Under the pieces are notes generated by a model. It saw only the letters and a program-made list of their open reading frames with translations. It was not told the origin of the DNA and searched no databases. From a virus (taxonomy: Duplodnaviria > Caudoviricetes), in the IMG/VR virus record IMGVR_UViG_2974764813_000001, positions 64,001 to 128,000 of that record: DNA of 64,000 bases; one strand, given 5' to 3'. A program made the position numbers and the translations under genes. Shown in pieces: positions 17,623 to 27,892 of the stretch. Within the stretch, counting starts at the first letter, position 1. Each line of letters begins with the position of its first letter.

Positions 17623-18856
17623 AATCGAGCGCAAGCTGCTGACCTGCCTGACCGACCCGGCCGAGATCGCCAAGGTCTACGACCTCGGTCTGGCCTCGGA
17701 GGTCTTCGAGGAGCCGATGTGCCGCCGGGCCTACGACTTCATCGTCGGCTACTGGGCCGACAACCAGATGGCCATGGCGCCGACGCGCTTCGTCCTCGAG
17801 CAGGAACTCCCCGGCTTCCGCTTCGAGGACAATGTCGAGGAGTCGGTCACCTGGCTGGCCGAGAAACTGCGCGAGCGCTGGGTCACCAACCAGCTGCAAG
17901 AGATGCTCACCGACGCCGCGTCGCACTCGGTGTCCGATCCGTACGGCACCCTCAAGAAACTGCACCAGGTGGCCTACGACGCCGCCGAGGCCGTGGCACC
18001 GCGGCTGACCCGCTCGGACATGTCCAACATCGACGAGCGCCGCGAGCGCTACCGCAACCGCTCCGAGCGCCCCGGCGGCATCGGCCTGCCGCTGGGCATC
18101 GACGAACTCGACGCCCACCACGGCGGGGTGATGCCCGGCGAGGTGGTCGTCGTCGGCGCCTACTCCAAGGTCGGCAAGACCATGTTCCTGGTCAACACCG
18201 CCACCTCCCTGCGCAAGGCGGGCTACACCCCGATCATCTTTACCCTGGAGATGGGCATCAGCGAGATCGAGGACCGCATCGACGCGATGTTCTCCGGCGT
18301 CAGCTACAACCGCTTCACCAAGGGCGACCTGCACCTCGACGAACTGCAGGCGTGGCGCACCGCCCAGGAGCAGCTGCACGAGATGGGCGGCATCCATGTC
18401 GAGAGCCCCGAGGAGGGTCAGCGCACCGTCGCACAGCTGGCCAACCGCGCCCGCCACGTCGGCGCGGACTTTCTGATCATCGACCAGCTGTCGCATATGG
18501 AGCCCGGCAAGAACACCCGTGACCTCAAAGAGCACCACGGCACGATCATGAAGCAGATGTCGGTCGAGCTCTCCCGCCCCGGCAAGGAACTGCCGTGCCT
18601 GCTGGCCGTGCAGCTGAGCCGCGACAGCCTCAACCCGGCCGAGCCGATCAGCATGAAGCACTTCGCCAACGCCGCGGAGATCGAGCGCGAGGCCGACCTG
18701 CTGCTGGCGCTGTCGCGCACCGGCGAGGAACGCCGCAACCGCATGATGAAGCTGCACATGCTCGGCTCCCGGCGCTCTGACATCAAGGACTGGATGCTGC
18801 GCTGGGATCTCATCGACCGCACCCACATCAGCGTCCTGGAGGAGGCGAACGCCTGA
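17615..18856 (+). CDS. dnaB: DnaB-like replicative helicase
   Basis: GAYSKVGKT, FTLEM, IIDQL, AVQLSR, EIEREAD. Confidence 0.9.
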   Translation: MSEIERKLLTCLTDPAEIAKVYDLGLASEVFEEPMCRRAYDFIVGYWADNQMAMAPTRFVLEQELPGFRFEDNVEESVTWLAEKLRERWVTNQLQEMLTDAASHSVSDPYGTLKKLHQVAYDAAEAVAPRLTRSDMSNIDERRERYRNRSERPGGIGLPLGIDELDAHHGGVMPGEVVVVGAYSKVGKTMFLVNTATSLRKAGYTPIIFTLEMGISEIEDRIDAMFSGVSYNRFTKGDLHLDELQAWRTAQEQLHEMGGIHVESPEEGQRTVAQLANRARHVGADFLIIDQLSHMEPGKNTRDLKEHHGTIMKQMSVELSRPGKELPCLLAVQLSRDSLNPAEPISMKHFANAAEIEREADLLLALSRTGEERRNRMMKLHMLGSRRSDIKDWMLRWDLIDRTHISVLEEANA

Positions 18857-19317
18857 TGGAGCTCCTGTGGTGGGCCCTGGTGGCGATCCCCGAAGTGCTG
18901 CTGGCGTTCTGGGGCACTCGGTGGCTGCTGCACCCCGACCACCGCGCCGAGCGTCTGGCGTTCTTCTCCGGGCGTTGTCGGCGATCACCGGAGAAGAAGC
19001 CGAGCACCGAGGTCGCCGTGGTCCGGCGGCCGTCCCCACCACCGCGGCGGGTGCGCTCCGAGCGGATCATCGTCGAGCCCACTGCGCTGGGTCCGCTGAT
19101 CTCTGGCTACACCTGCACGTTGTGCCACACGACCGCCCATCTCGACCGGCACAGCCCCAACGTGCCCGATGACGGTCTGTGCACCCGCTGCCGCTCGGCA
19201 GAGATCGCCCGGCAGGCCGCGCTGCGGCCCTACGAGCACGCCGTGGAGAGCGGCACCCGCGGTGTGCCGATCAACGTCACCGAGATCATCCGCGCCGTGG
19301 GAGGACTGGACCAGTGA
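18856..19317 (+). CDS. Membrane-anchored Zn-finger hypothetical protein
   Basis: N-terminal hydrophobic stretch, CTLC...CTRC. Confidence 0.55.
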   Translation: MELLWWALVAIPEVLLAFWGTRWLLHPDHRAERLAFFSGRCRRSPEKKPSTEVAVVRRPSPPPRRVRSERIIVEPTALGPLISGYTCTLCHTTAHLDRHSPNVPDDGLCTRCRSAEIARQAALRPYEHAVESGTRGVPINVTEIIRAVGGLDQ

Positions 19318-20369
19318 AGACCGGGCTGCGCGAGCTGGCCAACAAGGCGCTCTACGAGGAATACCGCCGCCGCTTGGATCCGCGGGCGATCCTGGAGCAC
19401 TACTCGGCGCAGAACTGCTCGGAGCTCGGCGGCTCGGAGGGCACCACCGAGATCGTGCACAGCTGCCTGCTCGACCGCGTCGAGCCGCACCACAGCAACG
19501 GCGACCAGAGCCCCAGCGCCTGCCTCAACATCGACAAGAAGCTCTACGTCTGCTATTCGAACGGCTGGGCAGGGGACCTGTTCCACCTGGTCGCCAAGCT
19601 GGAGGGCAAGGAGACTCTCGCCGACGCGCTGCCGGTCATCGGCCAGTTCCTCACCGGCACCGTCAGCGAGAGCGACGACCTGTGCGCCCGGCTGGAGCAG
19701 CTGTTCGCCCGGCCCGACGCCGCGCTACTGGACCCGCCGACCTACCACGAGCGCATCCTCGACGCCTGGCGCGGGGTGCACCCGTACCTGTATGAGCGCG
19801 GCATCACCGACGAGGCCGCGGCCGCGCTGCGGCTGGGCTACGACGACCGCGAGAACCGCATCGTGTTCCCGCACTTTTGGGACGGCAAGCTCGTCGGCTG
19901 GCAGAAGCGCACCATCCCCGCGCGCGCCCAGTGGCCCGGCACCTGGCCGGACTACCCGAAGTACCGCAACTGCTCGGGCATGCCGAAGTCCGAGACGCTC
20001 TACCACTACGACGCCGCGCGCGCCTACACCAGTGCCATCATCGTGGAGAGCCCGATGAGCGTGGCCAAGGCCGTGAGCCTGGGTCTGGACAACGTTGTGG
20101 CGACCTTCGGCGCCAAGGTCTCCGAGCATCAGATCGCCCAGATGCGCGACTTCAAGACCGTCTACGTGTGGTTCGACTCCGACCCGTCCGGCCGGGCGGG
20201 GGAGCGCAAGATCGTCGAGGGCCTCTACCGCCACGTGGACGTCCAGGTGGTGTTGCCCGAGCAGGACAAGGACCTCGGCGACTACGACACCCTCGACGAG
20301 GTGCTGGGAATGCTCAGCACCGCCGTCCCCGCGGCGCTGCGCCGCGCCCAGTACCCCAGAAAGCGATGA
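19314..20369 (+). CDS. DNA primase (Zn-binding plus TOPRIM)
   Basis: YLYERGI, RIVFP, PKYRN, IIVES, ATFG, WFDSDPSG, KDLGD. Confidence 0.88.
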   Translation: MKTGLRELANKALYEEYRRRLDPRAILEHYSAQNCSELGGSEGTTEIVHSCLLDRVEPHHSNGDQSPSACLNIDKKLYVCYSNGWAGDLFHLVAKLEGKETLADALPVIGQFLTGTVSESDDLCARLEQLFARPDAALLDPPTYHERILDAWRGVHPYLYERGITDEAAAALRLGYDDRENRIVFPHFWDGKLVGWQKRTIPARAQWPGTWPDYPKYRNCSGMPKSETLYHYDAARAYTSAIIVESPMSVAKAVSLGLDNVVATFGAKVSEHQIAQMRDFKTVYVWFDSDPSGRAGERKIVEGLYRHVDVQVVLPEQDKDLGDYDTLDEVLGMLSTAVPAALRRAQYPRKR

Positions 20370-20701
20370 CCATGGCCTACGGCGACGACTACATCGACCA
20401 CTTCAGCAACGAGAAGTACGAGGCCCACCGCACCAACGTCGAGCAGGCCCGCGCCCTGGGCTTCCGGGACCTCTCGCCGAGGAACTCCTGGGGCACCGAC
20501 TGCGGCGAGCACGTCGCGGTGTGTCAGCAGTGCTTTGCGATGGTGCACTACCCGCTGACCGACACCAGCCAGACCTGGCCGCCCAGGACCGAATATGTGA
20601 AGGGCACCGACACGCTGCGTGCGCACCTGCAGAGCGTGCACGGTGCCTCGGCTGAGGAGGACGACCATGGAGTGCACCGAGGAGACCCTGCCCAGCGGTG
20701 A
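20366..20701 (+). CDS. Hypothetical Zn-binding protein
   Basis: VCQQCFAMV...HLQSVH. Confidence 0.55.
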   Translation: MTMAYGDDYIDHFSNEKYEAHRTNVEQARALGFRDLSPRNSWGTDCGEHVAVCQQCFAMVHYPLTDTSQTWPPRTEYVKGTDTLRAHLQSVHGASAEEDDHGVHRGDPAQR

Positions 20702-20924
20702 GCGCGTGCTGTGCCACCCGCCGTGTGAGACCTTCCCACAGGGCCGTCAGGTCCTGATCTCCGACAGCTCGGCCAGCCGGTTGCGCTCCCGGCTGCTCGC
20801 CCAGGACGCCGACCTCGCGCAGGCGCACGACGAGCTGGCGCAGGCGCAGCAGGCGCGGCTGACCGAGGCGCAGACGTCGCTGGCCACCGGCGATGCCGTG
20901 CCCCCGGAGAAGCGCTTCATCTAG
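20667..20924 (+). CDS. Hypothetical protein
   Basis: RBS GAGGAGG. Confidence 0.55.
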   Translation: MECTEETLPSGERVLCHPPCETFPQGRQVLISDSSASRLRSRLLAQDADLAQAHDELAQAQQARLTEAQTSLATGDAVPPEKRFI

Positions 20925-21044
20925 ACCAGTTCTATACGAATCCCATTCTGACTCTGTACTAAGTCGGTGTGTGGTGGTAATGTTCATGGCAGCCACCAAG
21001 AAGCACTTCGGCTAACGCAATCCGAGTACAGAGAAGGTATAGAA
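20921..21044. promoter_or_regulatory. Promoter region of the ssb-like gene with phased units on both strands
   Basis: CTAGACCAGTT|CTATACGAATC|...|CTGTACTAAGT; TGG-TAATGT -10; GTATAGAA at 21037. Confidence 0.6.
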
Positions 21045-21047
21045 TTC

Positions 21048-22028
21048 ATGCAATCTGGGTTCGCGAGCCTGCAGAAGGCCATCGAAGAGAGCAAGAACAA
21101 CGGGGACTTCTCCGGCGGTTCGCTCAGCTACTTCAGCTGGAAGGACAAGGACCGCAAGTTCGTCCGGTTCCTCACCGACGCGGTGATCACCGCCGACTTC
21201 CACGAGTTCATCATCACCAACGACGGCAAGACCAAGAGCTTCCTGATCGACCCGGACAAGGGTGACTTCGTCGCCAAGTACGCCAGCCCGGTGCCCGGCC
21301 TCGGGTGGCGCCAGGACTTCAAGACCAAGCAGGCCGCCGAGCGCAAGCCGTCGAAGAAGACCGTCGGCGTCGCTGTCCTGCGTGACCGCGTGCCCGTCGA
21401 GGGCGGCGGCTTCGAGATGGTCGACGTGCTCATCGACGCCGACGACAACGGCACCGCGGTGCGTGGCCGCAGCTTCGGCCTGATCACCCAGTCGCACGGC
21501 AACTTCTGGAAGTCGCTGATCGGCTACTTCGAGCTCTACGGCACGATCTGCGACCGCGACTACATGATCGTGCGCGAGGGCTCCGGCACCGACACCTCCT
21601 ACACGATCACCCCGGTCGACCCGATCCCCGAACTCAAGGACATCGCCGTGGTCCAGGAGTTCTACGGCTACGGCCGCCCGTGGAACAAGGACGACCCGGA
21701 GCGCTTCCTGTTCTGCCCGCAGACCCTCGAGGAGTGGGCCGACTACTACTCCGGCGAAGAGCGGGCCAAGCACTGGCTGGAGCCCAAGGACGGCACCGCC
21801 GTCGCTCCGCAGGGCCCCGCACCCTCGCTGAGCGCCCCGGTGGTCTCCACCGCCACCGGTGCCCCGGTGGTGCACCAGCAGCAGGTGCCCGCCCCGGCAC
21901 CGGCCTTCACCCCGGCCTTCGTGCCCACCGGCGCTGACGAGGCCCAGGCCGGACCGGCTCCGGCGGTCGCCGTCGGCGGCAACACCGAGTTCGCGGGACT
22001 GCGCGCACGGCTGCTCGACAAGAAGTAG
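21048..22028 (+). CDS. Single-stranded DNA-binding protein-like (gp32-type)
   Basis: SYFSWKD..RKFVRFL, DRDYMIVREGSGTDTSYTI; Pro/Ala-rich tail; sits between primase and DnaE. Confidence 0.6.
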   Translation: MQSGFASLQKAIEESKNNGDFSGGSLSYFSWKDKDRKFVRFLTDAVITADFHEFIITNDGKTKSFLIDPDKGDFVAKYASPVPGLGWRQDFKTKQAAERKPSKKTVGVAVLRDRVPVEGGGFEMVDVLIDADDNGTAVRGRSFGLITQSHGNFWKSLIGYFELYGTICDRDYMIVREGSGTDTSYTITPVDPIPELKDIAVVQEFYGYGRPWNKDDPERFLFCPQTLEEWADYYSGEERAKHWLEPKDGTAVAPQGPAPSLSAPVVSTATGAPVVHQQQVPAPAPAFTPAFVPTGADEAQAGPAPAVAVGGNTEFAGLRARLLDKK

Positions 22029-22071
22029 CCACCGCGCAACCCCTCAGACCCGTTATGGGGCGGTGATGAAC

Positions 22072-22117
22072 GAGAGCCCAGGACCCTGCTTTGGGAGGCG
22101 AGGGGTCCTGGGCTCTC
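22072..22117. terminator. 15-bp perfect inverted repeat (terminator/attenuator-like) before dnaE
   Basis: GAGAGCCCAGGACCC / GGGTCCTGGGCTCTC; no U-tract. Confidence 0.55.
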
Positions 22118-22144
22118 CATCTCTGCCTGCGAACAGGAGGCACC

Positions 22145-25100
22145 GTGAGCAAACAGGTCCATCTGCACAATCACAGCGAAGGCTCATTCCTCGACGGCTA
22201 CGCCACCGTCACCGACATGGCCAAGCGCACCGTCGAACTCGGCCAGGGCGCCGCGGCGATCACTGACCACGGCGAGTGCGTCAACCACCTGGCCTTCCAG
22301 AAGGCGTGCCTGGCCGAGGGCATCAAGCCCATCTTCGGCATGGAGGGCTACCTCCACCATGACATCGGCGCCGCGATGGCCGCGGGCGTCTACCCCTCAG
22401 ACCTGTCGCACCTGTGCCTGCTGGCCAAGGACCAGAAGGGTCTGAGCAACCTGTGGGCGATCTCTTCGATTGCCTACGACTCCCGGCACTTCTACTACCG
22501 GCCGCTGGCCGACCACGCGCTGCTGCGTGAGTACTCCGAGGGCATCTACGCCTCCGATGGCTGCATGATGACCACTCTCGGCCGCGCCATCATCAACGGC
22601 GACGAGGACACCGCACGTCAGTACGCCGCGGGCCTGCTCGACATCTACGGCGACAACTTCTACATCGAGCTGCACACCTGGCAGTTCATGAACCCCAGCG
22701 TCGACGACGAGGTCGAGTTCTTCAAGAAGAAGATGTCCACGGTCGCGGCCAACCAGCTGATGACCGACGTCAACCAGGCCAAGCTGCGCTTCGCCCGTGA
22801 GATGGGCGTGCCCTTCGTCGTCGTCAACGACGCACACCACGTGCGGCCGGAGGACTGGCTCAAGAAGGACATGGCCAACAAGATCAACAAGGACAAGGGT
22901 GACCAGCTGGCCGACGGCCAAAAGGCCGACCACCTCATGGGCGAAGACGAGCTCGTCTACTGGATGGCCCGCCATGGCATCGGCGCCGACGTGGTCGCCG
23001 AGGCCATCGAGAACTCCTACCGCATCGCCGAGAACTGCAACGCCGAGATCAAGCCGATGCTGAAGATGCCCACCTTCACCACCGGCGAGCACGACGACAT
23101 GGTCGCCTTCATCGACGCCGTCGAGCAGGGCTTCAAGCGCAAGGTGATCGAGGGCGGCCTGGACGCCGAGACCTACTTTCGGCGCATGGAGTACGAGGTC
23201 GAACTGATCTGCCAGCGCCGCTTCGCGGGCTACTTCCTCACCGTGGCCGACTACGTGCGCGCGGCCAAGGACGGCAGCTGGAAGCAGTACGTGGTCTCCG
23301 GCGCCGAGCGCGACCCGATGCGCTGCGGGCCCGGCCGCGGCTCTGCCGGTGGCGCGCTGGTGTCGTGGCTGATGGGCATCACCGCGGTGGATCCGATCAA
23401 GTACGACCTGCTCTTCGAGCGGTTCCTCAACCCCGACCGCAAGGGCTTCCCCGACATCGACGTCGACTTCCCGCAGTCGCGACTGCGCGACATGTACCGC
23501 TACCTGCAGGCCCGTCACGGTGCCGACCACGTCTGCGCGCTGGCCACCGTCGGCCGCAACGGACCCAAGGGCATGCTCAAAGACCTCGGCCGCGCGATGA
23601 AGATCCCGTACGCCGACATCGAGGCGATGAGCAAGATCATCGAGTCGGCCATCGAGATCGTCGCCGCCGAACAAGAGGCCGCCGACGAGCAGACCGGCCA
23701 GGACGCCGAGGACGAGCTCACCTGGGACCGGGTGCTCTCGGAGAAGGGCGGCGACCTCGCGCCCTACGCCAAGCGCCACCCCGAACTGTTCAACCTGCTC
23801 GGCGAGATGGTCGGCGTCGCGCGCAACTCCGGCAAGCACGCCTCGGGAGTGCTGATCAACGACGACCCCCTGCTGGGCGTCATCCCGCTGCGCACCCGCA
23901 AGCACCGCACCGCCGACGAGATCGTCACCACCCAGTGGGACATGTGGGAGATCGAGGAGATGGGCGGGGTGAAGTTCGACCTGCTGGGCCTGCGCCACCT
24001 CGACACCCTCGACGGCGCGGCCAAACAGGTCGCCAAGCGCCACGGCATCGACCTGGACTTCGAGGCGTTCGACGCCGAGTTGAGCGAGCCCGCCATCTGG
24101 GAGCCCATCGACCAGGGCCGCACTACTGGCATCTTCCAGATCGAGACGCCCGGCACCACCCGCACCGCGGTGGACCTCAAGCCGCGCAACGAGCTCGACC
24201 TGGCCGCCCTGGTGAGCATCATCCGACCCGGCGTCAAGGACGCGGGGGAGACCGAGCGCTTCCTCAAGCGCCGCGCCGGACTGGAGCCGGTGCGCTACGA
24301 CCACCCGCTGATGGAGCCGATCACCTCCGAGACCTACGGCATCCTGGTCTACCAGGAGCAGATGATCCGCGCAGCCAAGGACCTGGCCGGATTCACCGCC
24401 GGTGAGGCCGACGAGCTGCGCAAGGTCACCGCCAAGAAGCTCGCCGACAAGATCGCGCCCTTCGAGGCCAAGTTCCGCGACGGCTGCCTGGCCAACCCGG
24501 AGTTCATGGCCGCGGTCAACGGCAACCAGAAGGCCGCCGAGAAGGCGATCACCAAGATCTGGGCGTCGATCAACGCCTCGGCGCGGTACTCGTTCAACAA
24601 GTCCCACGCCGTGGGCTACTCGCTGATCTCCAACTGGGAGACGTGGCTGAGCTACCACTACCCGCCGGAGTACGTCGTCGAGCTCATGGCCACCGACTCC
24701 AAGAACATCAATCGCTACGTGCGCGAGGCCCGGCGCCAGGGCATCCCGATCCTGCCGCCGGACATCAACGAGAGCGGCCGCAAGTTCACCCTCACCGACG
24801 ACGCCATCCGCTACGGCCTGGACACCGTGGACAAGGTCGGCGACGCGGCGGCGGCCGACATCCTGGAGAAGCGCCCCTACACCAGCTACACCGACTTCCT
24901 GGAGCGCACCAAGCTCAACAAGACTCAGATCATCAACCTGATCCGCATCGGGGCCTTCGACAGCCTGGCGTATGACCCGGAGCGTGACGGCGACTGGATC
25001 CCGACGTGTCGCACCCGGCTGCTGCAGCAGTACCACGAGCACCGGGTGTGGATGAAGGTTGCACCGGGCAAGCGCGCCAAGCTCGAGGAGAGCAACCAGC

Positions 25101-25597
25101 GCGCGGCGCACCTGGAGACCTGGTTCGCCAACTTCGTCACGCGCAAAGGTCAGGCCGCCTTCGACGCCGAGTTCGGCCTGCCCGACTTCACCGACCCCGA
25201 CGTCATCTACGAGATCGAGCAGGAGCTCGTCGGCAACTACGTGCTTGTCGACCCGATGGAGCCGTACCTGGCGGCGCTGGACGCGGTCGCGATCAAGGAC
25301 CCCTCCGAGCTCACCGAGCGCACCGTCGGCGACGTGTTCGTCATCGGCGGGCAGGTCTCCAAGGTCAAGAAGCACATCGTCAAGAACGGCCGCAGCGCCG
25401 GGCAGGAGATGGCCTTCATCGGCGTCACCTTCAACGAGACCGACTTCGACATCACGGTGTTCTCCGAGACCTGGCGCGAGGTCAAGTCGATCATCAAGGA
25501 GGGCGTGCCGGTGGCCTGCCAGGTCATCCGCGACAACCGCGGCTGCCACCTGTCCAGCGTGGAGCGCCTGGACCTGCTGTGGGCCGAGGCCAGCTGA
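22145..25597 (+). CDS. dnaE: DNA polymerase III alpha subunit (family C) with intact PHP motifs
   Basis: HLHNHS..SFLDG, AITDHG, GPGRGSAGG, FERFLNPDR..PDIDVDF, KFDLLGL, YSFNKSHA, C-terminal OB fold. Confidence 0.95.
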   Translation: MSKQVHLHNHSEGSFLDGYATVTDMAKRTVELGQGAAAITDHGECVNHLAFQKACLAEGIKPIFGMEGYLHHDIGAAMAAGVYPSDLSHLCLLAKDQKGLSNLWAISSIAYDSRHFYYRPLADHALLREYSEGIYASDGCMMTTLGRAIINGDEDTARQYAAGLLDIYGDNFYIELHTWQFMNPSVDDEVEFFKKKMSTVAANQLMTDVNQAKLRFAREMGVPFVVVNDAHHVRPEDWLKKDMANKINKDKGDQLADGQKADHLMGEDELVYWMARHGIGADVVAEAIENSYRIAENCNAEIKPMLKMPTFTTGEHDDMVAFIDAVEQGFKRKVIEGGLDAETYFRRMEYEVELICQRRFAGYFLTVADYVRAAKDGSWKQYVVSGAERDPMRCGPGRGSAGGALVSWLMGITAVDPIKYDLLFERFLNPDRKGFPDIDVDFPQSRLRDMYRYLQARHGADHVCALATVGRNGPKGMLKDLGRAMKIPYADIEAMSKIIESAIEIVAAEQEAADEQTGQDAEDELTWDRVLSEKGGDLAPYAKRHPELFNLLGEMVGVARNSGKHASGVLINDDPLLGVIPLRTRKHRTADEIVTTQWDMWEIEEMGGVKFDLLGLRHLDTLDGAAKQVAKRHGIDLDFEAFDAELSEPAIWEPIDQGRTTGIFQIETPGTTRTAVDLKPRNELDLAALVSIIRPGVKDAGETERFLKRRAGLEPVRYDHPLMEPITSETYGILVYQEQMIRAAKDLAGFTAGEADELRKVTAKKLADKIAPFEAKFRDGCLANPEFMAAVNGNQKAAEKAITKIWASINASARYSFNKSHAVGYSLISNWETWLSYHYPPEYVVELMATDSKNINRYVREARRQGIPILPPDINESGRKFTLTDDAIRYGLDTVDKVGDAAAADILEKRPYTSYTDFLERTKLNKTQIINLIRIGAFDSLAYDPERDGDWIPTCRTRLLQQYHEHRVWMKVAPGKRAKLEESNQRAAHLETWFANFVTRKGQAAFDAEFGLPDFTDPDVIYEIEQELVGNYVLVDPMEPYLAALDAVAIKDPSELTERTVGDVFVIGGQVSKVKKHIVKNGRSAGQEMAFIGVTFNETDFDITVFSETWREVKSIIKEGVPVACQVIRDNRGCHLSSVERLDLLWAEAS

Positions 25598-25941
25598 TGA
25601 AACTCGAGTTCACCATCGAGCACGTTTCGCCCGAAGAAGACCTGGCCAACCGTGCGATGTCGCTGGTCATGGGCTACCAGCAGCGCCGCCTCGGACCGCG
25701 CCAAGAGCAGATGCTGCTCGACATGGCCGCCCACGGCAGGCCCGGCTTCTTCGGCGACAGTGCCGCCAACCGCGACGTGCTCGCCCGCCTGGAACGTCGC
25801 GGCCTGGTCCGCGTGCAGCCCGGCACCCCTGACCTCCAACCCGGCTGGGCCGCTTCCCGGCCCTGGCGACTGACCAAGTTCGGCAAAGCCGTCGCCGCCG
25901 CCCTCACCACAGTTAGGAGCCCCCATGACCACAGCAGCTGA
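25597..25941 (+). CDS. Winged-helix hypothetical protein
   Basis: LARLERRGLV...WRLTKFG. Confidence 0.6.
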   Translation: MKLEFTIEHVSPEEDLANRAMSLVMGYQQRRLGPRQEQMLLDMAAHGRPGFFGDSAANRDVLARLERRGLVRVQPGTPDLQPGWAASRPWRLTKFGKAVAAALTTVRSPHDHSS

Positions 25942-27058
25942 CCGCCTTCTGAGCGGCATGCGCAAACAGTTCGGCGACGACGCCAAGATCGGGTTCGCCG
26001 CCGACATGGTGGCCGACCGCAGCTTCCGCTCGTCGGGCTCGCTGGCTCTGGACGTCGCGCTGGGCAACGGCGGGTTCCCCACCAACCGCGTGGTGGAGAT
26101 CTGCGGCGCCGAGCACGTCGGCAAGACCTCGCTGGCCATGCTCACCATGAAGACCTTCCTGCACGCCCAGCCCGACCGGCTCGGCCTGCTGCTGGACTGC
26201 GAGCACAAGAGCGACGCGCACTGGGTCTCGCAGCTGATCGGCGAGGACCTCATGGAGCGGGTGATGATCGTGCAGCCGCTGCACATCGAGCAGGCCACCG
26301 ACATGTACGTCAAGGCTGTGGCCGGTGACCCCAAGGAGGGCATCCCGCCGGGTATCACCTCGATTGCCGTGCTCGACTCCATCGGCGGTGCGCCCAGCAT
26401 GCAGTCGGTGAACAAGTCGGCCGAGATCGGCACCATGGGCGGCAACGCTATCGGCGTCGGCCGGTTCTCCCGGCTGGCCGCCAGCCACTCCAACATCTTC
26501 AACTGCCTGACCATTGGCATCAACCAGGTGCGCGACGACTTCTCGGGCATGCACCAGATCAACCGGCCCGGCGGGCACGCCTGGAAGCACGCCATCACCC
26601 AGAGCGTGCACCTGCGCAAGGCTGCGGGCCGAGTCACCGAGAAGCAGGACGGCGTGGATGTGCCGGTTGGCCAGGAGGTCAAGGGCCGCCTGATCAAGAA
26701 CGGCTGCGCCCCGCCATACCGCGTGGCCACCTGGTGGTTCTTCAACGTGCCCACCGAGGGCCGCGGGGTCGGCATCGACACCATGGAGGAGATCGAGCGC
26801 CTGTCGATCCTCACCGGCGTGGTCACCCAGGGCGGCGGCTGGTACAACCACCCGGCCATCGACGGCGGCAAGATCAAGGGCAAGGACGCCTTCAAGGCCG
26901 CCATGCGTGCCGACGCCGCGCTGCAGGCCACCATCGTCAGCGAGACCCGCGCTCGCCTGGCCGAGGTCGCCGGTCAGGTCGCGCCGGTCGAGGCCGACCC
27001 CGAGGCCGCGCCGATGACCACCGGCATGAGCGCGCTGGCCGAACGGATCGGCTCATGA
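25925..27058 (+). CDS. recA: RecA-like recombinase
   Basis: SSGSLALDVALG.GGFP..RVVEICGAEHVGKT, VLDSI, INQVR, PGGHAWKH. Confidence 0.93.
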   Translation: MTTAADRLLSGMRKQFGDDAKIGFAADMVADRSFRSSGSLALDVALGNGGFPTNRVVEICGAEHVGKTSLAMLTMKTFLHAQPDRLGLLLDCEHKSDAHWVSQLIGEDLMERVMIVQPLHIEQATDMYVKAVAGDPKEGIPPGITSIAVLDSIGGAPSMQSVNKSAEIGTMGGNAIGVGRFSRLAASHSNIFNCLTIGINQVRDDFSGMHQINRPGGHAWKHAITQSVHLRKAAGRVTEKQDGVDVPVGQEVKGRLIKNGCAPPYRVATWWFFNVPTEGRGVGIDTMEEIERLSILTGVVTQGGGWYNHPAIDGGKIKGKDAFKAAMRADAALQATIVSETRARLAEVAGQVAPVEADPEAAPMTTGMSALAERIGS

Positions 27059-27186
27059 TCCGCTGGTGGCACCGCGCGGTGCTGGGCCACACCCAGGAGC
27101 ACCGCCGGGTGACGGTGCCGCTGTTCGACCCGTTCGCCAAGGGCGAGCTCATCGTGTGCAGCTGTCATCGGAGCTGGGCGCGGTGA
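27055..27186 (+). CDS. Small hypothetical protein
   Basis: ATGA/GTGA overlaps on both sides. Confidence 0.45.
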   Translation: MIRWWHRAVLGHTQEHRRVTVPLFDPFAKGELIVCSCHRSWAR

Positions 27187-27551
27187 AGCACTGGGAGGAG
27201 CACGAGGGCTTCGTCAACGAGTACCTCGGCATCAGCGGAACCCCGGCGTCGGGCTCGCAGTGGCACGCCGAGGGCGACGGGGTCGACAACCGCCACCCCG
27301 ACGAGGCGGTGTTCCCGCTCATCGTCGACTGCAAGCTCACCGAGAAGAAGAGCTTCAGCCTCAAGGCCCAGGTGCTGGAGCAGTGGCACCAGAAGGCCAT
27401 GCTGCTCGGCAAACGCTTCGCTATGCCGATCCGGTTCTGGAAGCCCGGCTCGCGCGTTTACGCCGACTACATCCTGGTCGGCCTGCCGGACTTCAAGGAG
27501 GTCCTCGACGCCGCCCGCCAGCACTGGGCCCACGAGAGAGGCCAGTCGTGA
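27183..27551 (+). CDS. PD-(D/E)xK nuclease, Holliday junction resolvase-like
   Basis: HWEEHE, TPASGS...GDG, IVDCKLT. Confidence 0.65.
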   Translation: MKHWEEHEGFVNEYLGISGTPASGSQWHAEGDGVDNRHPDEAVFPLIVDCKLTEKKSFSLKAQVLEQWHQKAMLLGKRFAMPIRFWKPGSRVYADYILVGLPDFKEVLDAARQHWAHERGQS

Positions 27552-27892
27552 GCGGACCGAGCCTGCAGCCGCCGGACCTCGACACGGTGGACCAGGCCGT
27601 CGAGGGGATGAAGGCGGTGACCCGCAAGTTCCTGGGCTACCACGCCCGGCTGCACCCCGAGAGCATCGTGGACGCCAAGCGGGTGGCGCCCCACATCGAG
27701 GACATGTGGGACGTCACCCTCACCGACGGGCGCACCGTGCGCGTGCAGGCACCCAACAGCCTGCCGTTCCGCATCAGCACCGTCGCCTGGCCCGAGGTGC
27801 GCGACGGCGTGGTCCTCGACCCCGACCAGCGCTGCGCGGCCTGCCGCGGCACCGGCGTCAACATCCACCCCACCACCGGAGACACCGACTGA
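27548..27892 (+). CDS. Hypothetical protein
   Basis: GTGA overlap; CAACRGTG. Confidence 0.55.
   Translation: MSGPSLQPPDLDTVDQAVEGMKAVTRKFLGYHARLHPESIVDAKRVAPHIEDMWDVTLTDGRTVRVQAPNSLPFRISTVAWPEVRDGVVLDPDQRCAACRGTGVNIHPTTGDTD

Noticed and set aside
20986-21015. Third micro-uORF (MAATKKHFG) before the ssb-like gene
   Set aside because: The ATG lies only 2 nt after the -10, upstream of the expected TSS, and has no RBS.
22397-25549. Long antisense and off-frame ORFs (e.g. 22397-25549, 47932-50271, 58777-60693, 7958-9772)
   Set aside because: Shadow ORFs from high GC3 bias opposite clear genes; no motifs or RBS.
17615-27058. Inteins or introns in DnaB, DnaE or RecA
   Set aside because: Lengths are normal; no intein splice-junction or LAGLIDADG motifs seen.
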